Of a DNA stretch of 64,000 nt, positions 28,980 through 42,208 are shown one piece after another. Every line of letters starts with the position of its first letter. The stretch's first letter is position 1. The DNA is from Eledone cirrhosa (taxonomy: Eukaryota), in the NCBI GenBank assembly GCA_964016885.1, contig OZ024740.1:90706001-90770000 (forward strand), given 5' to 3'. The position numbers and the translations under genes are program-made. Below the pieces are notes generated by a model that was given only the letters and a program-made list of their open reading frames with translations, made no database searches and was not told the DNA's origin.

Positions 28980-30040
28980 ATGGATAAACTGGCAACCTTA
29001 GCGTCACTGAAGGACATCCCCCTACCTGATAAACGAGACTACACCAGTGATCTCATCAAGAGTACGGACTCCCTCATCCGTAGGATGAGATGGAAGGCGT
29101 TCCACTTCGAAAGAGGAACGCTGAAAACTACAAACACAGAAAACATGGAGTACCTTTTTCGATCAAGGAGGAATCCCCCCCATAACAGACTAATGGAGGA
29201 GTTTGAAAACGAGATGATTAACATCATATCCAACCTCAAATTCTCCGGAAACCCAACCAGAAGTCAGGAGTACCTCAGACACCTGAGAAACCGGATTACA
29301 GTACTTAAAGGGACAACTGGAATACTTGTCCATGCTGACAAAACAAACAACCTCTACAACATGAACACTGAACTGTACAATAAGCTAATCCTCAGGGAAC
29401 TGAGGAAGTGCTACAAAAAAACACCTGGATTTACCCTGGATGAGATCAATGCCACAGCTTACAGGATTATATCCAGAATCGGCATAGAGGACAGGACGGC
29501 CCCATACCAACCAAGGGAGCCGCGGATTACCCTTAAAGACCACAAGTCAAACTTTGAGTCCGACCTCCCTGTCAGACTAATAGCCCCCTCCAGATCTGAC
29601 CTAGGGATCGTCAGTAAAATAATACTGGATAGGATTTTGCCCAAGCTTCGGAAAAAAACCAAATTACAGCAATGGTCATGCACGAGAGAAGTAATAGAAT
29701 GATTCAAAATACTGCAGGAGAAAAGTAGGACCAGCTTTATACAACTGGACATCGCAAGCTACTACTCCTCAATCTCACCCATAGTACTTAATAAGGCCCT
29801 ATTTTTAGCGATGTCCAATACGGACCTAACCCGAGAGGAGGTGAGCATCATCCACGCCGCAAGAAAGACCTTAATCCGCTTCGATGGAGACCTGTGGACC
29901 AGGAGTGATTGGCCAAATAACTTTGACATCACGATGGGCTCCAGCGACTCAGCGCAGGTAACGGACCTGGTTGGGCTCTACCTGCTGAAGCAGATAAAAG
30001 ATGAAATCCCCTGCCTGGGCGGCGGATTATATCGTGACGA
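28980..30040 (+). pseudogene. PLE reverse transcriptase, truncated after motif C
   Basis: RMRWKAFHF, ADKTNNLY, TLKDHK..F....PVRLI, QLDIASYYSSI, FDITMGSSDSAQVTDLVGLYLL, GLYRDD. One in-frame TGA at 29700-29702. Thumb and endonuclease are deleted. Confidence 0.9.
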
Positions 30041-30431
30041 TAATGGTGGAGGTCAAATGTACTGAACAATAGCAGGCATAAACACTACAGGGAGCCTCAC
30101 CCCAGAAAGAATTCTATAGACTTCTGACTGAGGAATGCTCTCAGAACTGAACAATGGGAAGTTTGACACATTTTTTGATATTTTGTTCCTTCAACACCTT
30201 GTCCCTTCTACCATTTTATCAATTTTTAAGCTAACTCCAACAATGACAATACTAATAACTGACCAATGAGAGGAGAAGGGGACCTGTGACACTAAAATTC
30301 GTTTGTTTGAATTCATATGACTCCAGTTCCCCAGTGAATTAACAACCCAACAAGGAACTGGGCATATCAGAGTATTGACAATATCATACACCTAAACAAC
30401 ATATGTACTTGTCTATACCATACTAATTCAA

Positions 30432-30486
30432 ACTGCCTGAAGAGGTCACAGCCAAAGATGGCTGTCACTGAAATATATATAGCAGT
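30432..30486 (+). ncRNA. Minimal hammerhead ribozyme
   Basis: Identical to 28723-28777. Confidence 0.82.
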
Positions 30487-30557
30487 AATAAACGAAGCTA
30501 AATTTTAATCATTTGACTTTTATTTAACTTTATTTTATATATATATATATTTATATA

Positions 30558-30631
<74 letters not shown>

Positions 30632-30658
30632 AATATATACATATATATATATATATAA

Positions 30659-30691
<33 letters not shown>

Positions 30692-30696
30692 AATAT

Positions 30697-30833
<137 letters not shown>

Positions 30834-31436
30834 TATATGAGTGTGTGTGTTGATGGGTGTGTATGGGTGTGTATGTGTGTGTGTATGTGTGTGTATGTGT
30901 GCAAATATTAAACATATATAACACGGCAAACGACACAGCACAGTCAAGTAATATATTAATTAAACGCTTAATATACTAGCACGAACAGATTAAAGCCGTG
31001 ACCACAGCGATGATTAACGTGACTACCTTTTTCAGCTTTGTATTCCCTCAAAACATCAGTCGAATTTGAGGTCTATCATTGGTAAAGGAATGCAATATAA
31101 AGTATGTAGGAATAACCTTATAATTCCAAGTTCTAAAATAAATAATCATTCCGAAAGATATTTTATATCGGAATATCACGAAACACAAATATGAATAAAA
31201 TACCAATTGGCTGCGCAAAATGCGAATTTTAAAATAATCTATTTGTCAGAACATATTTATGTAATCCTCTTTTCTGGACAGTAACTAGTAAACAATACAT
31301 TTTTCTCAAATAGTACTGCCCTCAATAAGAATATAATATTTAATATTACATTATTCGACAGAAACAATTATTCGTTTATTGTAAGCACGTAATTAAAGAG
31401 GAAAATATTTACTGGAAAGACGTCTACATCATATAG

Positions 31437-31536
31437 GTCATTAATACTGCTTTGTTACATTTACTTGAGCATTCTCATTGCCACCATAGAAAATTCTGCT
31501 GCCAGGTTATATGAATGTGAAGCCAACATTTCACAG
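31437..31536 (+). other. Candidate host exon (100 nt), unverified
   Basis: AG acceptor with a weak pyrimidine tract, open frame SLILLCYIYLSILIATIENSAARLYECEANISQ (signal-peptide-like), CAG|GTAAAA donor. Confidence 0.28.
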
Positions 31537-31609
31537 GTAAAAAGCGGCTTATAAATTAATATATTGAATTCAGAACAATAAGATGAATTCGAATTGCATA
31601 TTATTACTA

Positions 31610-31732
31610 TAATTGTTTCTACCCTTTTGGCACAAGTCCAGCAATTACGCAGTGTATTACTGGTACTTTATTTTATCGACCCCCATGAGGATGAAAGGCA
31701 AAGTTAACTTCGGCGGGATTTGAACACAGAAT
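31610..31732 (-). mobile_element. SINE, 5'-truncated
   Basis: Reverse complement matches the 51165 SINE from the B box to the 3' end. Confidence 0.8.
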
Positions 31733-32805
31733 GGCATATTATTACTATAATACAAATCATAAATGTACAATATAAATTTTGAAATCTACTACTAACGGCC
31801 TCATAACTTAATTTCTACCTTTATAGTTCAGGAGAAGGTACTTTGTATTCAATAATAATATAGGTTGAAGTTCTCCAGTTTCATACGAAAACGCTACAAC
31901 GCCACGTTTTTATTGAATATGATTAGGGCAAATTATGCTGCCTTGTTTCCCTATTAAATGAAGGGAGAAATATATATTCATGCAATTATATGTTTGATAT
32001 ATAAGGTTGGGTGTTTAATTCAATGATACACACAATTACTGCAAAATGGTCTCGTTGTATCTATCCGGAAACGCCACTATTGCAAATGGCAATTTTCGAT
32101 TTGATTTTGAAAATAATTATATCTTTTCAGAGATTTACAATGAATAAAATGCTTTCAAACGTTAAAAGTTGATTTGAATCGATGCATTTATTTCACATTT
32201 ACTTTGATCTCTTCCTTATCGTGTAATATTTATTACATCTATTTTCTACAACGGAAAGTCCTTTACTATCCAAACATCCAATCAAATTGTCTTGAAGTAT
32301 CTAACAGCATATTACGTTTCTGTAATTAAGAAATGTAATAACCATGCCGTTGTCTCATTTTGTATATCAGCTAGGAGTTAAATTTCAACGTTTCACAAAA
32401 CCATATATATATATATATATATCATAAACGAACAGTTACAATTCTCGTTAAAATATACCGAGTGAATATGACAATAAGTTTTCAGTTCTGCTACCAAGTC
32501 TATATTGATTATATTTGTATTTCCAACTGATATTTCAATGAAGCGTGAAGGTAGTATATTAATGAAATAATTAATTCGTTTTAGGCTGAAGATTAATGAC
32601 CAATTTATGACGTTAAACTTAGGCATATATTAAACGGACACAAACATTATTGTTTTAAAAGAAAACTAAATCCACATCTAATTATTCATACATATTTATA
32701 TAAGTGCGTACATACGAGCGTGTGAGTTTCGGGGTGCTATACATACACATTCCCCAATAGGACGTGTTTACACAGCACCGATTCACATACCTAGCCCTCT
32801 CTCCC

Positions 32806-32884
<79 letters not shown>

Positions 32885-33496
32885 AAGTGTAATGAAAGAT
32901 ATTTTATATTAGTTTATACACGGCTCAGGGGTATTTCCTCCTTCGAGTTAATTCCATTGTAAAAGAATTCATTACACTTAATAATATAACTGCTCCTAGT
33001 CTGAGCTGAACGTCGCCTCATATATACGACTGTTATTTCTAGCAGTACGGTTATGAGACTAGCTAGAAACTGTAAACCATGTGCGTTACACAGTCTTTTA
33101 AATTATTTAGAAGTGAAGCATATCAATTTGTCACTGGATGTTTACTGGGGAGAGCAGGACATGATATTCCTACTCTTATTTATCTCGAAACATATTTGGA
33201 TTTTAAAGTTTAAACTTATCTACGGAACAGGTTTGATTTTGAAATTTAAATGTGTCTAAACGTCATAGCCATTTGGCAATGCAGTTCGTCTTTGTTGTTT
33301 TATTATTTTAAATCGATATGGACAAACTGTAGTATAATAATTAGTATACTTCATTCTGGCTAAATTTTCTTTTGCAATATAAATACAGATGTGTTGGTAT
33401 CTGTGTTTCATCATATATATTAGTTTATATATATATATATAAGTATGTATCAGCCGTACTAAGTGTGAGAAATTGAAATTTCGTTTTATTCTTTTC

Positions 33497-33553
<57 letters not shown>

Positions 33554-33660
33554 TATTTTCCGTTGTGTTGTAATATAAATATTACACACAGTACAGTGAC
33601 AGCTCACGTAGAGTTTGCTCGACGCTTCCAGTTGAAATTCCAAAAGTAATCCGGAGAAAA

Positions 33661-33717
33661 ATAGAAAGATTTGAATGGATACAGTTTACTAAACTGTATC
33701 CATTCAAATCTTTCTAT
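33661..33717. repeat. Perfect 28-bp fold-back ending at (TA)n
   Basis: atagaaagatttgaatggatacagttta-c-taaactgtatccattcaaatctttctat. Confidence 0.85.
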
Positions 33718-34032
33718 ATATACATATATATATATATATATATAATAAACAATGAGCTATATGCTTTGCTGATGAATATTCAACAGAGTTAAATTTATAA
33801 CATATATGAAGCACTCTACAGCAAAATTAATTATCTGCAGTATTATAATATTAATATTAAAACATATTATTAAATGGCAAATATCTTTATAACAACATAT
33901 GTATTGTTTAAACATATGTATTTCTTTATACATATTTAAAGAATATTTAACAGTATTTATATTTCGAGAGTTAATCACCAATTTGGTAGATAGAGTCTTG
34001 TCACCAATTTAGCGGAGAAGTATTTAGAGAGT

Positions 34033-36052
34033 TGTAATGTTGCCACGAGGAACCAGGTTTGGTAGAAAGATATGATAGGAATATCGACAACGACTTTAGC
34101 TTGGTTTTACATTATTTATTAACAGGGGTTGAGCTGGCATGCCAAGAGAAATGAAATAATTCAATTAACATTAAAAGAGAAAATACGGTTGCTTGGCTGG
34201 CTCAGGCGTTTAGCCAATTCCGTAGTAAAATTGTTGTGTCGTTACATATTGTTTGTGCTGGCGGAGCAAAAGAACAAGTGGTGTTTACCTTAGCACGGTC
34301 TAGCCTGAAGTGATAGCGTCCTCAAATTTTTGCGGGCTATTTCTCCCTCAGAACGCGTAGGGATACATCCTCTTCTACTGGCGCTGATTGGCTGAGCTGA
34401 GCCAAATCACGCACAGAGAATGTATGTAGACCGCGGAATGTAGGTCACTACATCACCTCCGAGCAGATTATTAGCCGAAAATCGTTAACGATGAAGCCGA
34501 GGACCCACATATTATTGAATCAGCAAGAACAAATGCTGAAAGAGCACATCAGCGAAAAAATAATTGAGCAGAAAGATGCATGCAAGAAAAAAAATGAGGC
34601 GCTACGGGCTGTGTTGAGCCGCTGTCAAATGACTAGCCATTTTGTAGTTTATACGTGACCACCAAAGGTCTACCAGAAAACAGATAAAGTCTGACATGGG
34701 CGAAGTTGCTGTTCTTGCATTAAATGTTAATGGTAAGTGTAGTACCAGTAGCTGTGAACGAAGCTATTATGGTAGTTTACCAGTGCTGGCAAGAAGATGA
34801 TGGGTAGGCGAGAAAATGTTGGCCTCCCAGATGTATTGCCGAATGTGCTAGGGAGCCAGGAAAAAATGGCTGTTGCTTTGATAAGAAAAAAAAAAGCAAG
34901 TTGAATCTGTAGGTGGGTTGCAGTTCCATGTAATACAGCAAAGAGAATGTGTGCGTGCGGTCAATATACAATGATAGAGAGAAATGAATTTTCATATAAT
35001 ACAGTTTAAAAAAAATAAATGTCCAAAATAAATGCCTGAAAAAAAAGGAAGAAAGAAAGAATTGTTTCTTTTCCTTTAACAAAAAGTTCGCTTCTTTTTT
35101 CTATGGGATCGCTCTTACTAGGAAGCTAGTAGAGATGTTGTTGTAAAAGCAAAGTCACAATGAATCTTCTGTAGAGTCGAAGTCTATCGTTGAAGAACCT
35201 ATAGTCACAAACATGGCAGCCCCGTCTGACGCCATAATGGTGAGAAAACTAATGTCTTAATTTCTCGAGTCCCTGTGGTAACGAGACAGAAGGTATGGTG
35301 GTTGCGTCGATAAAGTTACAAGCTGTTTCCTGGTGTTGGTTCATAGTTAGCCATGTGTTGCTGCTGATGGCTGGTACTTGGTGGTAGCCGTTTTGAAATA
35401 TCCTCGTGGTGAAAAGTTTTTGAAATACTGCTAATTTTTTTCTTTAAAAAATATTCTACAGAAAATTTGAACAATAAAATAAATCATTTTCCATGAAAAT
35501 TATTTCGTAAGAAAATCCAAGATGGCTGATTGAAAAATACGTCTGTGATGAAGAAGCCGTCATGTGGCACGATGCAGCCAATCAGACGGCTGGGACTGGA
35601 CAAGACAAGCTGTACGCGGGAAAACATATTTCTGAGTCTCCATTTGTAATTTCAACAGAACGCCGAAAGCAAAATTCCACATCCAGAGAAATTTGTTGTT
35701 AGTCGTCGAAAAAACTCTTTCTTTTGTGTTGTATTTTTGTGTTCGTCTGTATGCGTGAGTCAATAGTGTTACCATGAAAGTTATGAGAGAAATATTGTGC
35801 AGGCCGCGTGCTTCGACAAATGGAATATTATGAATTTTATGGACTTACGCTAAGTGAGTCTAGCTACGCGATTCGAACATTCCAAATGTTAAGCCACTCC
35901 ACATAGCCATTAAAACGAATGGCGAATTCAAATAGGCTGCGTTTTCATACTTAATCGTCGAGGGGCGCCAACTTAACTGGCGCTGATTGGCTGCGCTGAG
36001 CCAAATCACGCACAGAGAATTTATGTGAGCCCGCGGAATGTAGGTCACTACA
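34033..36052 (-). mobile_element. Ty3/Gypsy-like LTR element remnant
   Basis: Two LTR-like blocks (35645-36052 and 34033-34452) start TGTAGTGA and end TTACA on the minus strand and share about 78 bp. A TGG PBS-like start follows the first block. The internal remnant TSGRPTFSRLP resembles the pre-RT region of Gypsy pol. No TSD found. Confidence 0.5.
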
Positions 36053-36079
36053 GATACTTTCTACAGATAAAATACAATT

Positions 36080-38037
36080 CTTAGTCAGTTCCCTCTCTCA
36101 ACCAAACAATGATCCATTCAGGCCTGTTATATATAGCTTAGTGCTATCTACCAGGTTTGTGGCATTCAGTCGAAAGCCAGTGGGGATGGGAGAGTGTGAG
36201 TATCTATAGGTTTCAATACTACCCTTCATTATGCATGGACAGTATAATTGACCATCAACCTCTAAGAGAAAATATACTTAATTCTAGGTATGATGGTTTC
36301 ACAGTGGAAGTTATGAATGAGAGTTGGAAATTAGAACTAAAAATTAAAAATTAAATATGAAAAATAAGAAATCAAATATTAAAAATTAGAAATAAAAAAT
36401 TAAAAAAATGTTAAAGTGAGAATCTAGATTTAGGTGAGTAAAAAAATATAGATTGAAGTGAGTAAATAATATATGCACCTATATTATCTACTACGTAGAG
36501 AGATGTTTAAGTAAGACATTTGGAAAGGGGTATTAATGTTACATACTGAACGATAGTACCGTACAGTAGAACGGAGGGTAAATGACTATGAAAAGTAGTA
36601 GTTAGTCGGGTACTTAGTTAGAATTTCCATCACATGGAACAAAACAAAAAAAAAACAGATATAAAGTACACAAAAGAAAAAACTAATAAATGCGCACGGA
36701 ATAGTGTGGCCACTGTCGCCATTGAAATATATATCACATTATTATTATTAAAAGACTTGAACATCTGAAACTACTTCGCTTTTCCTATTCGATATTTACT
36801 CCGTCACTCCTATGTGGAATAAGTACGTTGAGTGCTTGAATGAATTGCATTAATATTTACCCTAAGAATTTAGCTCCAATTAGTTGAGCGTTCTATGATG
36901 TAACCGATATAGTGGAGAAGAGAGGAACCAGCTACACACGGGAATTCCCTCTACCAAGGGGCTGGAAATCCCTGATACTGGACGGATATAATAATAACTT
37001 TCGGCAGGATAAATACGCGGAAACAAAAACACCGATAAACCCCTATTTTCCTGCACCAAATTAAATTTTAACAGAAGCCCCCTCAATTAAATCTATATAT
37101 GGACAAATTGACAATCATATTAATCATCTATCTCATTTTGTATATATGTACTGTATGTGTTTTTTGCATTTATTAGTTTTTTTCTTTTGTGTACTTTATA
37201 TCTGTTTTTTGAGGTGTTTTGTTCCATGTGATAGAAATTCTAACTATGTCCCCGACTTAGCATTAATACCCCTTTCAAAATGTCTTACTTAAACATCTTT
37301 CTACGTTTGTAGATACTATAGGTGCATATATTATTTACTCACTTCAATCTATATTTTTTTACTCATCTAAATCTAGATTCTCACTTGTACATTTTTTTTA
37401 CTTTTAATTTTTAATTTTTAATTTTTAATTTCTAATTTTTAATATTTGATTTCAGATTTTCGATTTTTAATTGTTAGTTCTAATTTCCAACTCTCATTCA
37501 TAACTTCCACTGAGAAACCATTATACTTAGAATTAAGTATATTTTCTATTAGAGGTTGATGGTCTATGATACTGTCCATGCTTAATGAGGGGTAGTATTA
37601 AGACCTATAGATACTCACACTCTACCATCCCCACTGGATCTCGACTGACTGCCACAGACGGGTAGATAGCAGTAAGCTATATATAATAGGCCTGAATGGG
37701 TCATTGTTTGGTTGAGAGAGGGAACTGACTAAGCGATTTTCGTTGAAATCTGCGGTAGCTTATGGTCAACTTCCTTCGGCCCAGCGCCTGCGCAGACAGG
37801 TGGGGGTGAATTGGTACTCACAAGGGAACGGATGAAAAACCCAAGAGCACACACTTCGTCCGTTCCCATGTCGATTCAATTTAGATTGCCTCGGAAACAG
37901 AACCTTATTATATAACAAGCTATCTGACGATGTCGCGGCACTGGCGCAGTAAAAGTGTGGCTACTGTCGCCATTGAAATATATATCACAGCATTATTATT
38001 AAAAGACTTGAACATCTGAAACTACTTCGCTTTTCTT
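36080..38037. mobile_element. Non-coding PLE 3'UTR/pLTR complex with ~600-bp inverted arms
   Basis: 36080-36695 is inverted against 37165-37733. 36703-36784 is repeated at 37954-38035. Hammerhead at 37919-37991. Confidence 0.75.
37919..37991 (+). ncRNA. Hammerhead ribozyme motif
   Basis: GCTAT-CTGACGA-(TGGCG CAGTA...TACTG t CGCCA)-GAAA-TATATA-TC-ACAGC. One stem I mismatch. Confidence 0.6.
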
Positions 38038-38081
<44 letters not shown>

Positions 38082-38083
<2 letters not shown>

Positions 38084-38520
38084 CCAAAAATTAGTATGGT
38101 TGGTTGATAAACCCAAGAACACAACTTTACAATAGATTAGAAGCACTCAACGGTGGAGTTTTCCTGGAATTTTTAATATTATTCGAAATGTTAACAAATG
38201 AAAAATATTCTCATAATCAAAATATATACTTTGTTATAATTATTTCAAAGGTACTGTGTTTTTTTTTTCAGTAAATCCTCATCAAACAAAATATATGACT
38301 TTATATATGACACACCGCTACGGTCTTGATCATTCAATTCCAGTATTGGCAGTACTGGAATTGAATGATCAAGACCGTAGCGGTATGTCATCTATCAAAT
38401 CATATATTTTGTCTGATGAAGACGTACTGAAAAAACAACACAGCACCTTTGAAGTATATATAATAAAGTATATATTTTGATTATGAGAATATTTTTTATT
38501 TGTTAACATTTCGAATAATA
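38082..38520. mobile_element. Fold-back pLTR fragment (family of 24342-25731)
   Basis: About 38176-38346 is inverted against 38353-38522, with a degenerate hammerhead CTGATGA...GAAG near 38413-38465. (TA)n on both sides. Confidence 0.75.
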
Positions 38521-38535
38521 TATATATATATATAT

Positions 38536-40485
38536 ATATTAATAAAATAAATTCCAACTTTGTCTGATTTAGTCGTTTTATTTACAATCCTTTAAAATGT
38601 ATAAGGTATTAGAATGAAATAGTATGCTAGAATATTAAATATTAAGTGTTATTGAACAAGTACTTTTATACATTCGCAATCTTCAGGTTCATATTCTGTG
38701 GTGACAGTCAAGTTTGCAATTTTCAACTGTAATGAGAAGGGTAAATTTTGTTCGTTATATACAGTGAAAAGCGGCTACAGGATGCTAAATTTGCAAACTG
38801 TATTTCAACCAATCGATGTGTAGTTTCACTGGATTACTGAAGCTGATTGGATTAGGCGTCACGGTTAGTTGAGCATGTTTAACGACTAGTGTTTTGAGCA
38901 AGTTTAACGACAATTGTTTTGCTATTTTTAGAAATGATGAAAATAGCATTTTCTAGTAATCATCCCCATCAACATCACTTTTATTATTATTATTGTTGTT
39001 GTTGTTGTTAGTGGTGGTAGTCGTTTTTGATTACCATTCCTAGATACAATTGTACTCAAACGCGACACCACCATTACCACGGATATATATTATAAACACA
39101 CAGACACCCATCAATATCTGAATTTTAAGTTGTGCCATCCAGCTCTTACAAAACGCAACATTCCATACTGCCTAGCCAGAATGTTTGTACCATTGTAGAA
39201 GATACGAATACCAGGAAGAACCGCCTAACAGAACAGAGAATTTTTTCTCAAGCAAAAATACCCAACATTACTTATAGAAAATGGCATACGGCGGGCTATA
39301 AAAATACATATACAACAATTTAGGACAACCCAAGCCAGAAGAAACCAAGACCTGGTCATACCATTTATAATGACACACAACCCATGTCACCAGAATATTC
39401 TCAACACTGCCAAAGGAAACCTCCCGATCATTGCTCAAAGTAATGAATTAAAAGGCTTAATCACAGATCGATATTTGACTCTTAGTGAAAGATAGAGAAA
39501 AATGTGAAGCAATTACTAACAAAAGCAAAGTTTGACCTTAACAACAAAGTCCAATCATTCACTATATCTAAATGCAATGATAGTCGATGTGGCACATGTC
39601 AATCCATACACACCGGTCAATATATGAACACAAACATTGTAGAAATATTCCCAAATGCAAATATGAACTGCAAAAGCAGAAATCTAATTTACTGCATTAA
39701 ATTCCCGAATTGTGAAGAACTATATATCGGTCAAACTAGAAATAAACTATCGGAACGTGCACGGGTGCACCGACAGAAAATCAGTGACCCAAATATCCGT
39801 CAGATACCCCTGAGTAAAGATCTAGCAACATGTAGACAGATAATATTTATAATATTTCCATTCCACAAATTACACAGCCCAAGTGAAATCAAGAGAAAAA
39901 TAAAAAAATGATGTTATTGATAAATTCCCACCCAAGCTAAATGAACAATAATAATGGGGTATTATTCCTACTATGACTATGACCATGTCATGTCGACTAC
40001 CACCACTAACAACAACAACAACAACAATAATAATAAAAGTGATGTTGATGGTGATGATTACTAGAAAATACTATTTTCATCATTTCTAAAAATCGCAAAA
40101 CAATTGATTCTTTGGATAGCATTAAACAGTAGTCGTTAGACATTCTCCACCAACCGTGACGCCTAATCCAATCAGCTTTAGTAATGCAGTGAAACTACAC
40201 ACCGATTGGTCGAAATACAGTTTGCAAAATGTAGCATCCTGTAGCTGTGTTTCACTGTATATAAGGTCCAACATTTACCCATCTCATTACAGTTGAAAAT
40301 GCAAACTTGACTGTCACCACAGAATATGACCCTGAAGATTGCGAAAGCATGGAAGTAGTTGTTCAATTAACACTTAACATTTAATATTCTACCATACTAT
40401 TTCATTCTAATACCACTATACATTTTAAAGGATTGTAAATAAAACGAGTATATAAAACAATGTTGGAATTCCTTTTATTAATATA
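38536..40485 (+). mobile_element. PLE 3' fragment (thumb plus GIY-YIG with Cys/His knuckle, Neptune-like) inside ~490-bp inverted pLTRs
   Basis: YYKHTDTHQYL, CNDSRCGTC, NCKSRNLIYCI, YIGQTRNKLSERARVH (39504-39911). 38536-39025 is inverted against 39993-40485. Degenerate hammerheads at 38654-38690 (-) and 40328-40364 (+). Confidence 0.85.
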
Positions 40486-40510
40486 AACATCTATACACAA
40501 TTATACACAC

Positions 40511-40550
<40 letters not shown>

Positions 40551-42208
40551 GAATATGTATAATAAAGCCAAAACAATGCAGTTATGGACATAGAAGAAAG
40601 AATGCAATTGCAAAAGATATTGTTGACAAATCGTCTTTTACCTTAGATTTATTTAAATGTCCTTAATTTTCGAGATAATATCTCTTCTTCAGAGGGAATA
40701 AAGGTCTCAAACCAGCGTTCTAAATATCTTACCAAGCCATGCTGACAGGAAATAGAATAGAGTATCTGTTCTATCTCTAATGTCAAAGAGTTAAAATTAG
40801 GTGGATAAAGAGTAGTCTCCCTTTAAAAGGGGTTTGTTTAGGGTGTTTTTTTTTTTCAGAGCCATCAGACGAGAGGGACTAGATATCCAACTGGCCCACT
40901 CAGGTCCTTCTCTACGCGGACAGCTAACCAAAAGACACTCCACCAGACATGATAACTGCTGCAGACTAGCCAACTGCCCCATCAACGACACAGACCTATG
41001 CCACCAGGCTTACGTCGTATACAGACTAGAGTGTGACAAATGCAACAACTTCTACGTAGGTAGCACCACCAGACCACTCCACATAAGAATAATAGAACAC
41101 CTCAATACTAACGCTTCCTCATTGAAGAAACACCTAGTTAAATGCAAAAACAACGACAAAACCATAACAGTTAGGATAGAAACTAAGAAAGAAACCTCAG
41201 CAATCTTAGAATTAAGGAATCACAAATTATAGATAAAACACAACCTCCAATCAATAATAGACTAGAACTCAGCACCCAATTTATAACCTGATAGGCTTCT
41301 AGCCCCATATTTACACACCCCCACACACACACGCACGCACACACACACACGCTTACACCTCCACTTATTCTCTCTCACACATACACACACAAAACCAGTT
41401 CTAGCACCAGATAACACCTATCTCCCACATTTACTAATAGACTTATCTTCTCAAACTCACACACACACACTCACATACTTACACCTTCATTCATTCTCCC
41501 ACACACTTAAACAGGCATGTATATAAAAGAAAAAATTAAAAAAACCCTAAACAAACCACTTTTAAAGGGAGACTACTCTTTATCCACCTAATTTTAACTC
41601 AGGCGTAAGGAAAGGAGGAGGTTATAGTTCACTTGAAGCATTGTGTAATGAGGTATAAACGTTTGAATATGTATAATAAAGCCAAAACAATGTAGGTATG
41701 GACATAGAAAAAAGAATGCAATTGCAAAAGATATTGTTGACAAATCGTCTTTTACCTTAGATTTATTTAAATGTCCTTAATTTTCGAGATAATATCTCTT
41801 CTTCAGAGGGAAATAAAGGTCTCAAACCAGCGTTCTAAATATCTTACCAAGCCATGCTGACAGGAAATAGTATAGAGTATCTGTTCTATCTCTAATGTCA
41901 AAGTGTTAAAATTAGGTGGATAAAGAGTAGTCTCCCTTTAAAAGGGGTTTGTTTAGGTTTTTATATTTTTTTTTATATACATGCCTGTTTAAGTGTGTGG
42001 GAGAATGCATGAAGGTGTAAGTATGTGAGTGTGTGTGTGTGAGTTTGAGAAGATAAGTCTATTCGTAAATGTGGGAGATAGGTGTTATCTGGTGTTAGAA
42101 CTGGTTTTGTGTGTGTAGGTGTGAGAGAGAATAAGTGGAGGTGTAAGCTTGTATGTGTGTGTGTGCGTGTGTGTGTGGGGGTGTGTAAATATAGGGCTAA
42201 AAGCCCTA

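Larger units (their letters stand above)
27085..30537 (+). mobile_element. Penelope-like element with YRDD-type RT (Hydra-clade-like): inverted pLTR, pLTR-ORF-pLTR, internally deleted
   Basis: 27085-27775 is a near-perfect inverse of 28235-28925. 30040-30537 is a direct repeat of 28333-28829. The RT ORF lies between them and both ends are in (TA)n. Confidence 0.92.

Noticed and set aside
29700-29702. In-frame TGA as selenocysteine or readthrough
   Set aside because: The homologous position in the 54-kb element is Trp (EVIDWF), so TGG-to-TGA nonsense mutation is the simpler explanation.
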